Source: Eledone cirrhosa | Taxonomy: Eukaryota | Assembly (NCBI GenBank): GCA_964016885.1 | Contig: OZ024764.1 | Location: 11,222,001-11,286,000, forward strand | Reading direction: 5' to 3' | DNA: 64,000 bases | Shown: one piece after another, positions 39,236 through 56,254 of the stretch | Layout: the number at the start of each line of letters is the position of its first letter | Position numbering within the stretch: position 1 is the first letter of the stretch | Notes under the pieces: generated by a model | The model's input: only the letters and a program-made list of their open reading frames with translations | What the model was told of the DNA's origin: nothing | Database searches by the model: none | Translations under genes and position numbers: made by a program

Positions 39236-39377
39236 GACTGTTTGAGTATGTAAGTGTTCTTTGGTTTCTTTTGCATATAACAGCTCTGTTCTTGTACATT
39301 GAGCTAACACAATACTGCCATAATACAGTACGATGCGTGCTTGTTTATGCACATACGCTCCGTGCTATACGTAAATA

Positions 39378-39820
<443 letters not shown>

Positions 39821-40235
39821 TTATGATGGTGTTGACAGTTATGATGATGGTAGTGATATTGGTGATGGTGGTGGTGACGGTGAAGGCAGCGGATGATGAA
39901 GGCAGTGATGAAAGGCACTGATGATTATGATGATGATGATGATTTTGGTGATGACAATTATGATGATGATGATGATGATAAATTAAGTCAATATTAGACA
40001 TTTAAGAAAAAAAAAATCAAAACTAAAACACTGATTTAAAGAAAAACAAATTCCGGCCACTTCAAACATTATCCCCCCCCCCCTCGCCCCCCCCCCCCCC
40101 CCCAAGAAAAATAAAACACAAAATATCATTTTTTGTATTTCTTCCTGAGGTTATTTCGATTTTCATAACCAGAGTTTCTTTTCTCATAAAGTTGTTATTG
40201 CTTCAGAATGAAACATTTCTTTTAACGAGGATTTA

Positions 40236-40426
40236 AAATAATTGTTTCTACTTTTGGCACAGGGCCAGCAATTATCCCAGTACATTACTGGTACTTTATT
40301 TTATCGACCCCGTAAGGATGAAAGGCAAAGTCAACCTCGGCGGGATTTGAACTCAGATCGTGAAGAGACGTAACTATGCTGGAAAGCATGGCGTCCAACC
40401 CTCTACCGATACTGCCAATCCACCGA
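40236..40426 (-). mobile_element. SINE family B copy with probable TSD
   Basis: Flanked by cgaggatttaaaataat at ~40226-40242 and ~40424-40440. Confidence 0.88.
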
Positions 40427-40448
40427 GGATTTAAAATAATAATCAAAA

Positions 40449-41220
40449 TAATAATTGTTTCTACTTTTGGCACAAGGCCAGCAATTACCCCAGTGTATTA
40501 CTGGTACTTTATTTTATCGACCCTGTAATAATTGCCTCTACTTTTGGCACAAGGCCAGCAATTACTCCAGTGCATTACTGGTACTTTATTTTATCGACCC
40601 TGTAATAATTGTTTCTACTTTTGGCACAAGGCCAGCAATTACCCCAGTGCATTACTGGTACTTTATTTTATCGACCCTGTAATAATTGCCTCTACTTTTG
40701 GCACAAGGCCAGCAATTACCCCAGTGCATTACTGGTACTTTATTTTATCGACCCTGTAATAATTGCCTCTACTTTAGGCACAAGGCCAGCAATTAGCCCA
40801 GTGCATTACTGGTACTTTATTTTATCGACCCTGTAATAATTGTTTCTACTTTTGGCACAAGGCCAGCAATTAGCCCAGTGTATTACTGGTACTTTATTTT
40901 ATCGACCCTGTAATAATTGCCTCTACTTTAGGCACAAGGCCAGCAATTAGCCCAGTGCATTACTGGTACTTTATTTTATCGACCCTGTAATAATTGTTTC
41001 TACTTTAGGCACAAGGCCAGCAATTACCCCAGTGTATTACTGGTACTTTATTTTATCGACCCTGTAATAATTGTTTCTACTTTAGGCACAAGGCCAGCAA
41101 TTACCCCAGTGTATTACTGGTACTTTATTTTATCGACCCTGTAATAATTGTTTCTACTTTAGGCACAAGGCCAGCAATTATTCCAGTGCATTACTAGTAC
41201 TTTATTTTATCGACCCCGTA
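40449..41220. repeat. 77-bp tandem array (~10 units) of the SINE B 3' end
   Basis: Period 77 (ORF starts 40455/40532/40609). The last unit runs into the rest of the SINE (41220-41345). Confidence 0.95.
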
Positions 41221-41512
41221 AGGACGAAAGGGAAAGTTAACCTCGGCGGGATTTGAACTGAGAACGTAAAGGGCCATAACTCTATGCTGCAAAGCAGGGT
41301 GTCTGAGGTTCCACCGATTACTGCCAATCCACTTCCCATCAACACAACAGGGTTGACTCAGGTACTCCACCAATCCTGAACCAGCCTACAGGCGCATGGT
41401 CAGAGTAGACCCACTCACATGCTCCATTCTGGCCTCATTTGTATTGTTATAACTGTTCTTATGTATACTCATGTGAAGAATGTGTATATATATTTACATA
41501 TGTGTATATGTA

Positions 41513-41565
<53 letters not shown>

Positions 41566-41576
41566 TTATATACACA

Positions 41577-41740
41577 TATCATCATCATCATCATTTTACG
41601 TCCGCTTTTCCCTGCTTGCAAGGGTGGGACGGGAACTGATTCTGGCTTGATCTCTACAGCTGGATGCCCTTCCTAACACCAACCTCATTTACAGTGAGTG
41701 CTGGGTGCTTTTTTGCCATGGCACCTCCACGACCACTTTA
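41577..41740 (-). mobile_element. 5'-truncated SINE family A (plus tail fragment 41928-41981)
   Basis: Matches the 3' half of family A. Confidence 0.85.
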
Positions 41741-41791
41741 TATGTGTATATATATTTATATATATATATATACACATATATATATATATAC

Positions 41792-41824
<33 letters not shown>

Positions 41825-41849
41825 CATACATATATATATACATATATAC

Positions 41850-41896
<47 letters not shown>

Positions 41897-42095
41897 CATA
41901 TATACATATATATATATATACATATATATCATTTCATTTCATTTCATTTTACGTCCACTTTTCCCTGCTTGCAAGGGTGGGAATATATATACATATATAT
42001 ATACTTATATATATACATATATATATATATACATATATATATACATACAAGTATATACATATATATATATATATACATATATACACATATATATA

Positions 42096-42185
<90 letters not shown>

Positions 42186-42526
42186 ATATATATATACTTA
42201 TATATATACATACAAGTATATACATACATATATATATACATATATATATATATACTTATATATATATATATATATATATATATACTTATATATATACATA
42301 CAAGTATATACATATATATATACACACACATCTATATATACATATATACATACATACATACATATATATACATATATATATATATATTGATAAAAGAACC
42401 AATTCTTTCGATATAGATTAAGGCAAATGTCTCGGAGATCTCGTTAAATTTCCAACATAATTCCCCTTGTCTTGTTTTATGGAACCTTTTAAAAAATCTA
42501 TTGCTTATTAACTAGTCTATACACAC

Positions 42527-42566
<40 letters not shown>

Positions 42567-43402
42567 ATATATGTATACATATATATGTGTGTATATGTAT
42601 ACATATATATATATATATATGTGTGTATATGTATACATATATATGTGTATATATGTATACATATATATATGGGTATATATGTATACATATATATATGGGT
42701 ATATATGTACACATATGTGTGTGTATATATGTATACATATATGTGTGTATGTATATGTATGTGTGTGTTTATATATATATATATAGGCACACATATATGT
42801 ATACATATGTATATATATGTATACACATATATATATATACATGTATATATATATACACATATATATACATGTATACATATATATATGTATACATATATAT
42901 ATATATGTATACATATATATATATACACATATATATATACATGTATACATCCATATATATATGTATATATATATGTATACATACATATATATATGTATAT
43001 ATATATGTATACACATATATATATATGTATATATATATGTATACACATATATATACATGTATACATATATATATATACACATATATATACATGTATACAT
43101 CCATATATATATGTATATATATATGTATACATACATATATATGTATATATATATGTATACATACATATATATATGTATATATATATATGTATATATATAT
43201 GTATACATACATATATATATGTATATATATATATGTATACACATATATATACATGTATACATATATATATGTATACATATATATATGTATACATATATAT
43301 ATATATGTATACATATATATACATGTATACATCCATATATATATGTATATATATATGTATACATACATACATATATGTATATATATATGTATACACATAT
43401 AT

Positions 43403-43434
<32 letters not shown>

Positions 43435-43466
43435 TTATACACACACACACACACACATATATATAT
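41740..43466. repeat. (TA/CA/TG)n microsatellite region
   Basis: Direct inspection; unique spacer 42388-42530. Confidence 0.9.
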
Positions 43467-43745
43467 AGGAAGGCACATGCCTTTGTGTTCAGGATATTCA
43501 GCTCTCAATTGTAAGATCATGAGTTCAATTCCCAGCAGCATATTGTGTCTTTGATCAAGACACTTTATTTCACATCCCTCCTGTCTACACAGCTGTGCTT
43601 CGTTATTAATCAGCTCAAGGTTCATCTTCCTCGTTGATAAACAGACCTGCTTCAACACTTAATTTGTACATTGTTCTATATACTATACATGCACCTTTGA
43701 TGAGTTGTAGTGCACCTGAACACTGTACACAATAATTTCATTATA
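43467..43745 (+). mobile_element. Old CORE-like SINE whose 3' region seeds the 115-bp array
   Basis: Degenerate tRNA head, gagttcaattccc, tgtgtctttgatcaagacactttatttcacat. Confidence 0.6.
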
Positions 43746-43801
43746 TCATGACTCATACACTGTTCACTTTCCTGACATTTCTACATTATACTATGTACTA
43801 T

Positions 43802-43964
43802 TAGGGCGGTGGATTGGCAGTATCGGTAGAGGGTCGGGCGCCTTTATGATCTGAGTTCAAATCCCGCCGAGGTTAACTTTGCCTTTCATCCTTACGGGGT
43901 CGATAAAATAAAGTACCAGTAATGTACTGGGATAATTGCTGGCCTGGTGCCAAAAGTAGAAACA
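43802..43964 (+). mobile_element. SINE family B inserted in a satellite unit, 17-bp TSD
   Basis: attatactatgtactat at 43785-43801 and 43965-43981. Confidence 0.9.
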
Positions 43965-44272
43965 ATTATACTATGTACTATACATGCACCTTTAATGAGT
44001 TGTAGTGCACCTGAGCACTGTACACAATAATTCCATGATTTTATTTTTTTTATTTGTATGTATAGACTTGTAATTTTTAGGGTGTGTCGTATTGACATAC
44101 GGGTGTTTCTGGGGTCATTTAAAAAAAAAAAACTTGGCACAGCCCTTCTCTTTTCTATGTCTGAAAAATGATGATTTTTTTGAGAAAAGTGAAAGAGAGT
44201 GAGAAAGAGATATAGAGAAAGAATTAACCCCAGTATTTGACTGGTACTTTTATTTGTATGTATTGAGCTGTG

Positions 44273-45152
44273 CATTATTCTATGTACTATACATGCACCT
44301 TTGATGAGTTGTAGTGCACCTGAGCACTGTACACAATAATTTTCATTATATCATGACTCATACACTGTTCCCTTTCCTGACATTTGTGTATTATTCTATG
44401 TACTATACATGCACCTTTGATGAGTTGTAGTGCACCTGAGCACTGTACACAATAATTTCATTATATCATGACTCATACACTGTTCCCTTTCCTGACATTT
44501 CTACATTATTCTATGTACAATACATGCACCTTTGATGAGTTGTAGTGCACCTGAACACTGTACACAATAATTTCATTATATCATGACTCATACACTGTTC
44601 CCTTTCCTGACATTTCTACATTATTCTATGTACAATACATGCACCTTTGATGAGTTGTAGTGCACCTGAACACTGTACACAATAATTTCATTATATCATG
44701 ACTCATACACTGTTCACTTTCCTGACATTTCTACATTATTCTATGTACTATACATGCACCTTTGATGAGTTGTAGTGCACCTGAGCACTGTACACAATAA
44801 TTTCATTATATCATGACTCATACACTGTTCCCTTTCCTGACATTTCTACATTATTCTATGTACTATACATGCACCTTTGATGAGTTGTAGTGCACCTGAG
44901 CACTGTACACAATAATTTTCATTATATCATGACTCATACACTGTTCCCTTTCCTGACATTTGTGTATTATTCTATGTACTATACATGCACCTTTGATGAG
45001 TTGTAGTGCACCTGAGCACTGTACACAATAATTTCATTATATCATGACTCATACACTGTTCCCTTTCCTGACATTTCTACATTATTCTATGTACAATACA
45101 TGCACCTTTGATGAGTTGTAGTGCACCTGAACACTGTACACAATATTTCATT
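44273..45152. repeat. 115-bp tandem satellite (~7.5 units; two more at 43668-44035)
   Basis: Period 115 (tacatgcacc at 44521, 44636, 44751). Confidence 0.95.
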
Positions 45153-45458
45153 ATTTTTATTATTATTTAATTCAAAATTTTTCATGTTTAATTCTTTTTA
45201 ATTGTAATATTCAACATTTGATAAGATGGATTACACCAATACATTCAAACCTGTTATATTTTATATAGTTTATATACATTATAAAACTCCTTTTTTTCTA
45301 AAAAAAATTGTTCTTCTCATTTTTCAATAATGTCACTTTGACAAATCAAAGAAGAAAAAAAGAAAAAACAGACCCTTTAAATATATTTTTCGTGCTATTT
45401 TCAACTCCACTCTCTCTGTCTCTCTCTCTGTCTCTTTCTGTCTCTCTCCCTCTCTCTA

Positions 45459-45491
<33 letters not shown>

Positions 45492-45605
45492 GCATATTAT
45501 AGATAGATATAGATTGATAGATTTATCCATATGCAGACCACTCTCACTTTTATATATGTATATATACATATATACATATATATACATATATATACATATA
45601 TATAC

Positions 45606-45636
<31 letters not shown>

Positions 45637-45744
45637 CATATATATATATATGCATACATACATATATGCATCATCATCATCGTTTAACCTCCATCTTCCA
45701 TGCTAGCATATATATATATATATATATACACATGTATACACATG

Positions 45745-45791
<47 letters not shown>

Positions 45792-46309
45792 CCATTGCCA
45801 TAAATGTCATGATCCAGTTTACCTGTAGCCAAAATGACTGCCTACACCACCTCTGTACCTCCCTCGCAGCTGGTGTCATCTTTAAATTGATGACCTGAAG
45901 GACAATAGCTGATTGATTCCCCTCTTATTACCTCTCGCAGTAAGATTGGCTTTACTGCAGGATGCACTCCCGCCAATCTTGTTGTCAGTCTTACCAACAA
46001 TCCTCCTTTCCTCTTTCTTTCCTTATTTTTTTTTGGGGGGGGGGGTTGCTTTGGTTAGCTTCCCCCTTATCTCCCGTATCCCTTTATCTTGAAAGTCATG
46101 ATTGTGTGTGTATGCGTGCGTGTATGTGTGTGTGATTATCATCACCATTGTGTTGCATTTGTGTTTCTTGCTTGCAATCTCTCTCTCCCTCTTCTCTCGC
46201 TCTCTCTCTCTGTCTCCCTCGATTTCTCCAAGGTGCTCTTACAGATTGCCGTTGATAATGGTTAGTAAATGCCCCAACTTTGGTAACCAATCATCATCGT
46301 CATCATTGT

Positions 46310-48614
46310 TTAACCCTTTAGCATTTACATTACTCTATATATACTATTGTATTTTCACAGTAAAGGCTTTACCTCACATAATATCTCACATAACATTTAC
46401 ATTACTCTATATATACTATTGTATTTTCACAGTAAAGGCTTTACCTTACATAATATCTCACATAACATCTACATTACTCTATATATACTATTGTATTTTC
46501 ACAGTAAAGGCTTTACCTCACATAATATCTCACATAACATTTACATTACTCTATATATACTATTGTATTTTCACAGTAAAGGCTTTACCTTACATAATAT
46601 CTCACATAACATTTACATTACTCTATATATACTATTGTATTTTCCCAGTAAAGGCTTTACCTTACATAATATCTCACATAACATCTACATTACTCTATAT
46701 ATACTATTGTATTTTCACAGTAAAGGCTTTACCTTACATAATATCTCACATAACATCTACATTACTCTATATATACTATTGTATTTTCACAGTAAAGGCT
46801 TTACCTTACATAATATCTCACATAGCATTTACATTACTCTATATATATACTGTTGTATTTTCACAGTAAAGGCTTTACCTTACATAATATCTCACATAAC
46901 ATTTACATTACTCTATATATACTATTGTATTTTCACAATAAAGGCTTTACCTTACATAATATCTCACATAACATTTACATTACTCTATATATACTATTGT
47001 ATATTCACAGTAAAGGCTTTACCTCACATAATACCTCACATAACATTTACATTACTCTATATATACTATTGTATTTTCACAGTAAAGGCTTTACCTTACA
47101 TAATATCTCACATAACATTTACATTACTCTATATATACTATTGTATTTTCACAGTAAAGACTTTACCTTACATAATATCTCACATAACATTTACATTACT
47201 CTATATATACTATTGTATTTTCACAGTAAAGGCTTTACCTTACATAATATCTCACATAACATTTACATTACTCTATATATACTATTGTATTTTCACAGTA
47301 AAGACTTTACCTTACATAATATCTCACATAACATTTACATTACTCTATATATACTATTGTATTTTCACAGTAAAGACTTTACCTTACATAATATCTCACA
47401 TAGCATTTACATTACTCTATATATATACTGTTGTATTTTCACAGTAAAGGCTTTACCTTACATAATATCTCACATAACATTTACATTACTCTATATATAC
47501 TATTGTATTTTCATGGTAAAGGCTTTACCTTACATAATATCTCACATAACAATTACATTACTCTATATATACTGTTGTATTTTCACAGTAAAGGCTTTAC
47601 CTCACATAATATCTCACATAACATTTACATTACTCTATATATACTATTGTATTTATCACAGTAAAGGCTTTACCTCACATAATATCTCACATAACATTTA
47701 CATTACTCTATATATACTATTGTATATTCCCAGTAAAGGCTTTACCTCACATAATATCTCACATAACATTTACATTACTCTATATATACTATTGTATTTA
47801 TCACAGTAAAGGCTTTACCTCACATAATATCTCACATAACATTTACATTACTCTATATATACTATTGTATTTATCACAGTAAAGGCTTTACCTCACATAA
47901 TATCTCACATAACATTTACATTACTCTATATATACTATTGTATTTTCATAGTAAAGGCTTTACCTCACATAATATCTCACATAACATTTACATTACTCTA
48001 TATATACTATTGTATTTATCACAGTAAAGGCTTTACCTCACATAATATCTCACATAACATTTACATTACTCTATATATACTATTGTATTTATCACAGTAA
48101 AGGCTTTACCTTACATAATATCTCACATAACATTTACATTACTCTATATATACTATTGTATTTTCACAGTAAAGGCTTTACCTTACATAATATCTCACAT
48201 AACATTTACATTACTCTATATATACTATTGTATTTTCACAGTAAAGGCTTTACCTCACATAATATCTCACATAACATTTACATTACTCTATATATACTAT
48301 TGTATTTTCACAGTAAAGGCTTTACCTTACATAATATCTCACATAACATTTACATTACTCTATATATACTATTGTATTTTCACAGTAAAGGCTTTACCTC
48401 ACATAATATCTCACATAACATTTACATTACTCTATATATACTATTGTATTTTCACATTACTTCATGTAATATTGAATCTATGAGATTTTAATGTTATTTA
48501 TTTTGAGAACAATACCTTAATATAAGTATGAGTAGCAAGTTACAGCCGGTTTGAACAGAAAGAGGTTAGAGAATTCAGGCCCAGATACGGCCGGTTTAAA
48601 TGCTGAAGGGTTAA
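46310..48614. mobile_element. piggyBac-type MITE with internal satellite expansion
   Basis: TTAA|ccctttagcattta ... taaatgctgaaggg|TTAA: terminal inverted repeats with TTAA duplication. Confidence 0.88.
46322..48457. repeat. 72-bp tandem satellite (~30 units) inside the MITE
   Basis: Period 72 (catttac at 46322, 46394). A single-unit relative lies at 211-280. Confidence 0.97.
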
Positions 48615-48902
48615 TGTCTATTTTCTACACTAGCATGGACCACTTTAGAGTGGGGCTGGGCACATTTTGTCGTGTCGCCCTCACAACCACTTTATTAAAT
48701 TATGTCATTTGTGTCCTTTTATTTTCCGCCTCCTCCCTCCCGCTTTTTACCTTCTACCCCACCTCTTTCAATTGCCTTCCGACTCGCTACCTTGGTAATT
48801 CAAACCTTCCCCCATAATCATACCCACTTTTCTCTTTGACACACACACACACACACACTAACTCAGAGATGCATACACACGAACTCACTCACAGACACAT
48901 AT

Positions 48903-48934
<32 letters not shown>

Positions 48935-49305
48935 TTTACGTCTGCTTTTCCCTGCTTGCAAGGGTGGGACGGGAACTGATTCTGGCTTGATTTCTACAGC
49001 TGGATGCCCTTCCTAACACCAACCTCATTTACAGTGAGTGCTGGGTGCTTTTTTGCCGTGGCACCTCCACGACCACTTTACAGTGTGGGCTGGGTGCTTT
49101 TTTACCGTGGCACCTCCACGACTACTTTGCAGTGGAATGATAGAGACCCCAGTCCTATCATCTCATTTCTACAGCTGAGTAAACTGGAGCAATGTGAAAT
49201 AAAGTGTCATGCTCAAGGAAACAACACATCACCCGGTCTGAGAATTGAACTCACAACCTTTTGATTGCAAGGCCAATGCTCTAACCACTAGGTTATGTGC
49301 CTCCA
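48903..49305 (-). mobile_element. Full-length SINE family A
   Basis: From ggaggcacataacctagtggttagag (minus) to the (tga)n tail. Confidence 0.92.
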
Positions 49306-49351
49306 TATATATATATATATTCATATGTCAATCCAATCCATGCTATATCTA

Positions 49352-49412
49352 TTATAATTACCTGATGAGAAGCCTAAAAAATGTAGTCTTTGAAACATAT
49401 GTAGTATTTTAT
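49352..49412 (+). ncRNA. Minimal type I hammerhead ribozyme
   Basis: AAUUAC-CUGAUGA(49362-68)-GAAGcCUA-loop-UAGuCUUU-GAAAC-AUAU-GUA^(49403)GUAUUU; palindromic ACAUAUGU at stem III. Confidence 0.75.
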
Positions 49413-49699
49413 TTAATATTATATCAAGACATCTAAGTTTGCTAAAGATTAAATTCTCTTTACCATTTTCAATATTCAAATAGCTGCATTACACACTCAC
49501 ACACACATGTTTGAGTATATATATATATGCATGTATATATATATATATACACACACATATATATGTAGATATATATGCATATATATATATATATATATAT
49601 GTACATATTATATATACATATATGTGTGTGTGTAATATTTATGGCTATAAGTGTGTAGTGTTTCGTGTATTATATATGTATTTATATCTGTATAAGTGG

Positions 49700-49786
<87 letters not shown>

Positions 49787-50034
49787 CACGTTTTTTCTTA
49801 TATATATTTGCATACACACAAATACACACAGATTGATGTAAATAAACATACATAAACACACACACACACATACACATATATATTCATACATATCTATCCA
49901 TATATCTATATGCATAGACATATATACATATATATGCATATATATATATATATACACACACATTATATTCATAATATCTATCTATCTAGATATCTATCTA
50001 TATGCATACCTATATATATATACATATATATATT

Positions 50035-50067
<33 letters not shown>

Positions 50068-50334
50068 ATATACACACACACATATTGTGTATGTAGAAGT
50101 ATGTGTATATAATACATGTGTGTGTGTGTGTGTATATATATTATATATTTTTAAACAAGATTGTCAGTGTTTTATGTCTTCAGGTATCGGTGTCAGAGAA
50201 TGTCTCAATTTAAAATAATGAGATGGGTGGTGGGGGTGGTGGTGGTGGTGGTGGTGGGGTTGAGAGGTCAGTGCTAGCGAAGTTGCCTAGCAACCGTGTC
50301 AAACACATTTTCAATGTTGTTGGTGTTCCTTGTC

Positions 50335-50694
50335 ATCACCATCACCATCGTGGTTGGAGGCAGGCTTCATCATCATCATCATCACCATCATCATCATCAT
50401 TGTCATCATTGTCATCATTGTCATCATTGTCATCATCATCATCACCATCACCACCACCATCATCATCATCATTGTCACCATCATCATTGTCATCACCAAC
50501 ATCACCATCATCATCACCACCATCATCACCACCACCATCACCATCACCACCACCATCATCATCATTGTCATCATCATCACCATCATCACCATCACCATCA
50601 CCACCACCAACATCATCATTGTCATCACCAACATCATCATCATCATCATTGTCATCACCAACATCATCATCATCATTGTCATCTTCATCATCAA

Positions 50695-50740
<46 letters not shown>

Positions 50741-51047
50741 TTTTTCATCATCATCATCATCACCACCACCAGCATCAGCAACACTATCGTCATTGCCATC
50801 ATCACACGATCTCCATCATCATCATCAGCAGCAGCAGCAGTAGCAGCTGTTATCAATGTCGCAATCATCATCACAATCATCACCACCACCCACCACCACC
50901 ACCATCATCACATTTTTCATCATTACCACCACCACCACTACCAGCACTACCACCACCACCACCACCACCACCATCACATTTTTCATCATTACCACCACCA
51001 CCACTACCAGCACCACCACCACCACCACTACCACCACCACCACCACT

Positions 51048-51078
<31 letters not shown>

Positions 51079-51329
51079 CCATCACATTTTTCATCATTAC
51101 CACCACCACCACCACCACTACCACCACCACCACCACCATCACATTTTTCATCATTACCACCACCACCACCACCACTACCACCACCACCACCACCATCACA
51201 TTTTTCATCATTACCACCACCACCACCACCACCACTACCACCACCACCACCACCACCACCACCGCTACCAGCACCACCACCACCACCACCATCATCGCTT
51301 TTGTCACCATCACATTCATCGTTATGTTT

Positions 51330-51366
<37 letters not shown>

Positions 51367-52625
51367 CAATGATGGTGGAGATGATGATTGTGATGATGAT
51401 AGTGGTGATGGTGATGGTGATGGTTTTGGTGGTGGTGGTGATGGTGATGGTGATGGTGATGATTATGATGGTAGTGATGATGATGGTGGTGGTGGTGGTG
51501 GTGGTGGTGGTGATGATAGTGTTGGTGGTGGTGGTGGTGATGGTGATGATGGTGGTGGTGATGGTGGTGATGATGATGATGGTGGTGATGATGGTGGTGA
51601 TGATAGTGTTGATGGTGGTGGTGATGATGGTGATGATAGTGTTGATGGTGATGGTGGTGGTGGTTGATGATGATGGTGGTGGTGGTGGTGGTGGTGGTGG
51701 TGGTGGTGGTGGTGGTGATGGTGATGATGATGACCACAATGACAATATCAATTTCCACCTTCTCTTTCCAGTTACTCATATATCCCACAATGCCTCATTT
51801 CCTGTATATCCTCCACCACCACCACCTCCATACCACCACACCACCACACAATTCCACCACCACCACCACACCACTAGTAACGTCACCACCACCACTGCCA
51901 TCACCAGTAACACCACCAACGCCACACCACCATACCACTGCCACCACCATCCCACCGCCACCATACCACCACCAGCACCATACCACCACCAGCACCATAC
52001 CACCACCAGCACCATACCACCACCACCATACCACTACCACCATACCACCAGTATCGCCACCACTAGCACCACCACCATACCACCACCACCACCACCACTA
52101 CCATACTACCACCACCACCATACCACCACCACTAGCACCACCACCATACCACCACCACCACCACCACTACCATACTACCACCACCACCACCATACCACCA
52201 CCACTAGCACCACCACCATACCACCACCACCACTACCATACTACCACCACCACCACCATACCACCACCACTAGCACCACCACCATACCACCACCACCACC
52301 ACCACTACCATACTACCACCACCACCACCATACCACCACCACTAGCACCACCACCATACCACCACCACCACCACCACTACCATACTACCACCACCATACC
52401 ACTACCACCATAACACCAGTATCGCCACCACTAGCACCACCACCACCACCACCACTACCATACTACCACCACCACCATACCACCACCACTACCACCACCA
52501 CCATACCACCACCACTAGCACCACCACCATACCACCACTACCATACTACCACCACCACCACCATACCACCACCACTAGCACCACCACCACCATACTACCA
52601 CCACCACCACCATACCACCACCTCC
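50335..52625. repeat. (CAT)n/(CAC)n/(GAT,GGT)n trinucleotide complex
   Basis: Direct inspection; higher-order units at 50900-51290 and 52060-52620. Confidence 0.93.
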
Positions 52626-52979
52626 ACCTTGCCCCCCCCCCCATCCCCTCTTCCTAGTTACAATTATTCACCATTCTGGAAAGTTCTAAGGCCCAGACTC
52701 CCCTCCCCCCCTCCTGTACAGCACCAATGTAATTACCGGACTTCAGTCAATCAGCTATGACCTTCTCTGCCACCAGGTGTCAGCACTGGGGTCACATGAC
52801 CCTTGGTCGCTACATTCTCATTGGATGGTTGGAGTGGTGGTGGTGGTGGTGGGGGGGGGGGGAGTGGTCCCTATGCTGTGTTTCTCCTACTGTTGCTGTT
52901 ACTGTAATAATGGTGTGGTGGTGGTGGTGATGATGATGATGATGGTCGTGATGATGGTGGTGGTGGGGGTGGCAGTGAC

Positions 52980-55368
<2,389 letters not shown>

Positions 55369-55519
55369 TTACATACTAGCACTATCATCATTACCATCAA
55401 CAACAATATGACTAATGAACCAACAACAATGATGAGAGCTCTCTCTGTGGTCATTGAGTCACCTAAAAATAGCAGCTAAATCATACTATAGCATCTTACT
55501 CGTTGGTAGGACATAGAGA

Positions 55520-56195
55520 GTGGTCATGTTTGTAGTGTTGTTGATCATAGGTCTCCTGGGTCAGGACTGACCTAGGGTTAAACAACAACTATAGCTACTA
55601 ATACTAACTACTATACTGCACATTAGATACTGTAGTCCTAGATATACTATGTCTGAATATATGATGGGATGGTCACAGTTGGAACATCTTTGATCATAGG
55701 TCTCCTGGATCAGGACTGACCTAGGGTTAAACAACAACTATAGCTACTAATACTAACTACTATACTGTACATTAGATGATGTAGTCCTAGATATACTGTG
55801 TCTGAATATATGATGGGATGGTCACAGTTGGAACATCTTTGATCATAGGTCTCCTGGATCAGGACTGACCTAGGGTTAAACAATATTAGTATCGACAACA
55901 ACAACAATAGAAACTATAGCCACCAATACTAACTACTATACTGCATATTAGATACTGTAGTCCTAGATATACTATGTCTGAATATATAATGGAATGGTCA
56001 CAGTTGGAACATCTTTGATCATAGGTCTACTGGATCAAGACTGACCTAGGGTTAAACAACAACTATAGCTACTAATACTAACTACTATACTGTACATTAG
56101 ATTATGTAGTCCTAGATATACTATGGTCACAGTTGGAACATCTTTGATCATAGGTCTACTGGATCAGGACTGACCTAGGGCTAAACAACAACTGT
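55520..56195. repeat. ~149-bp tandem repeat (~5 units) of a probable SINE tail
   Basis: gatcatagg at 55543, 55692, 55841, 56017, 56146; unit contains gacctagggttaaacaacaac. Confidence 0.85.
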
Positions 56196-56254
56196 ACATT
56201 AGGTGAGATTTGAGCGCGGATCAAATATTATAAAGCATTGAGAGAACCCTTCAG

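Larger units (their letters stand above)
38916..39278. mobile_element. Second fold-back element (~130-bp diverged arms, ~97-nt spacer), one hammerhead per arm
   Basis: 38916-39047 vs 39144-39278 inverted; adjoins (TA)n; sequence unrelated to 38450-38767 outside the ribozyme core. Confidence 0.85.

Noticed and set aside
46102-48491. Long ORFs with 24-aa repeats
   Set aside because: Consequence of a 72-bp (multiple of 3) satellite inside a MITE.
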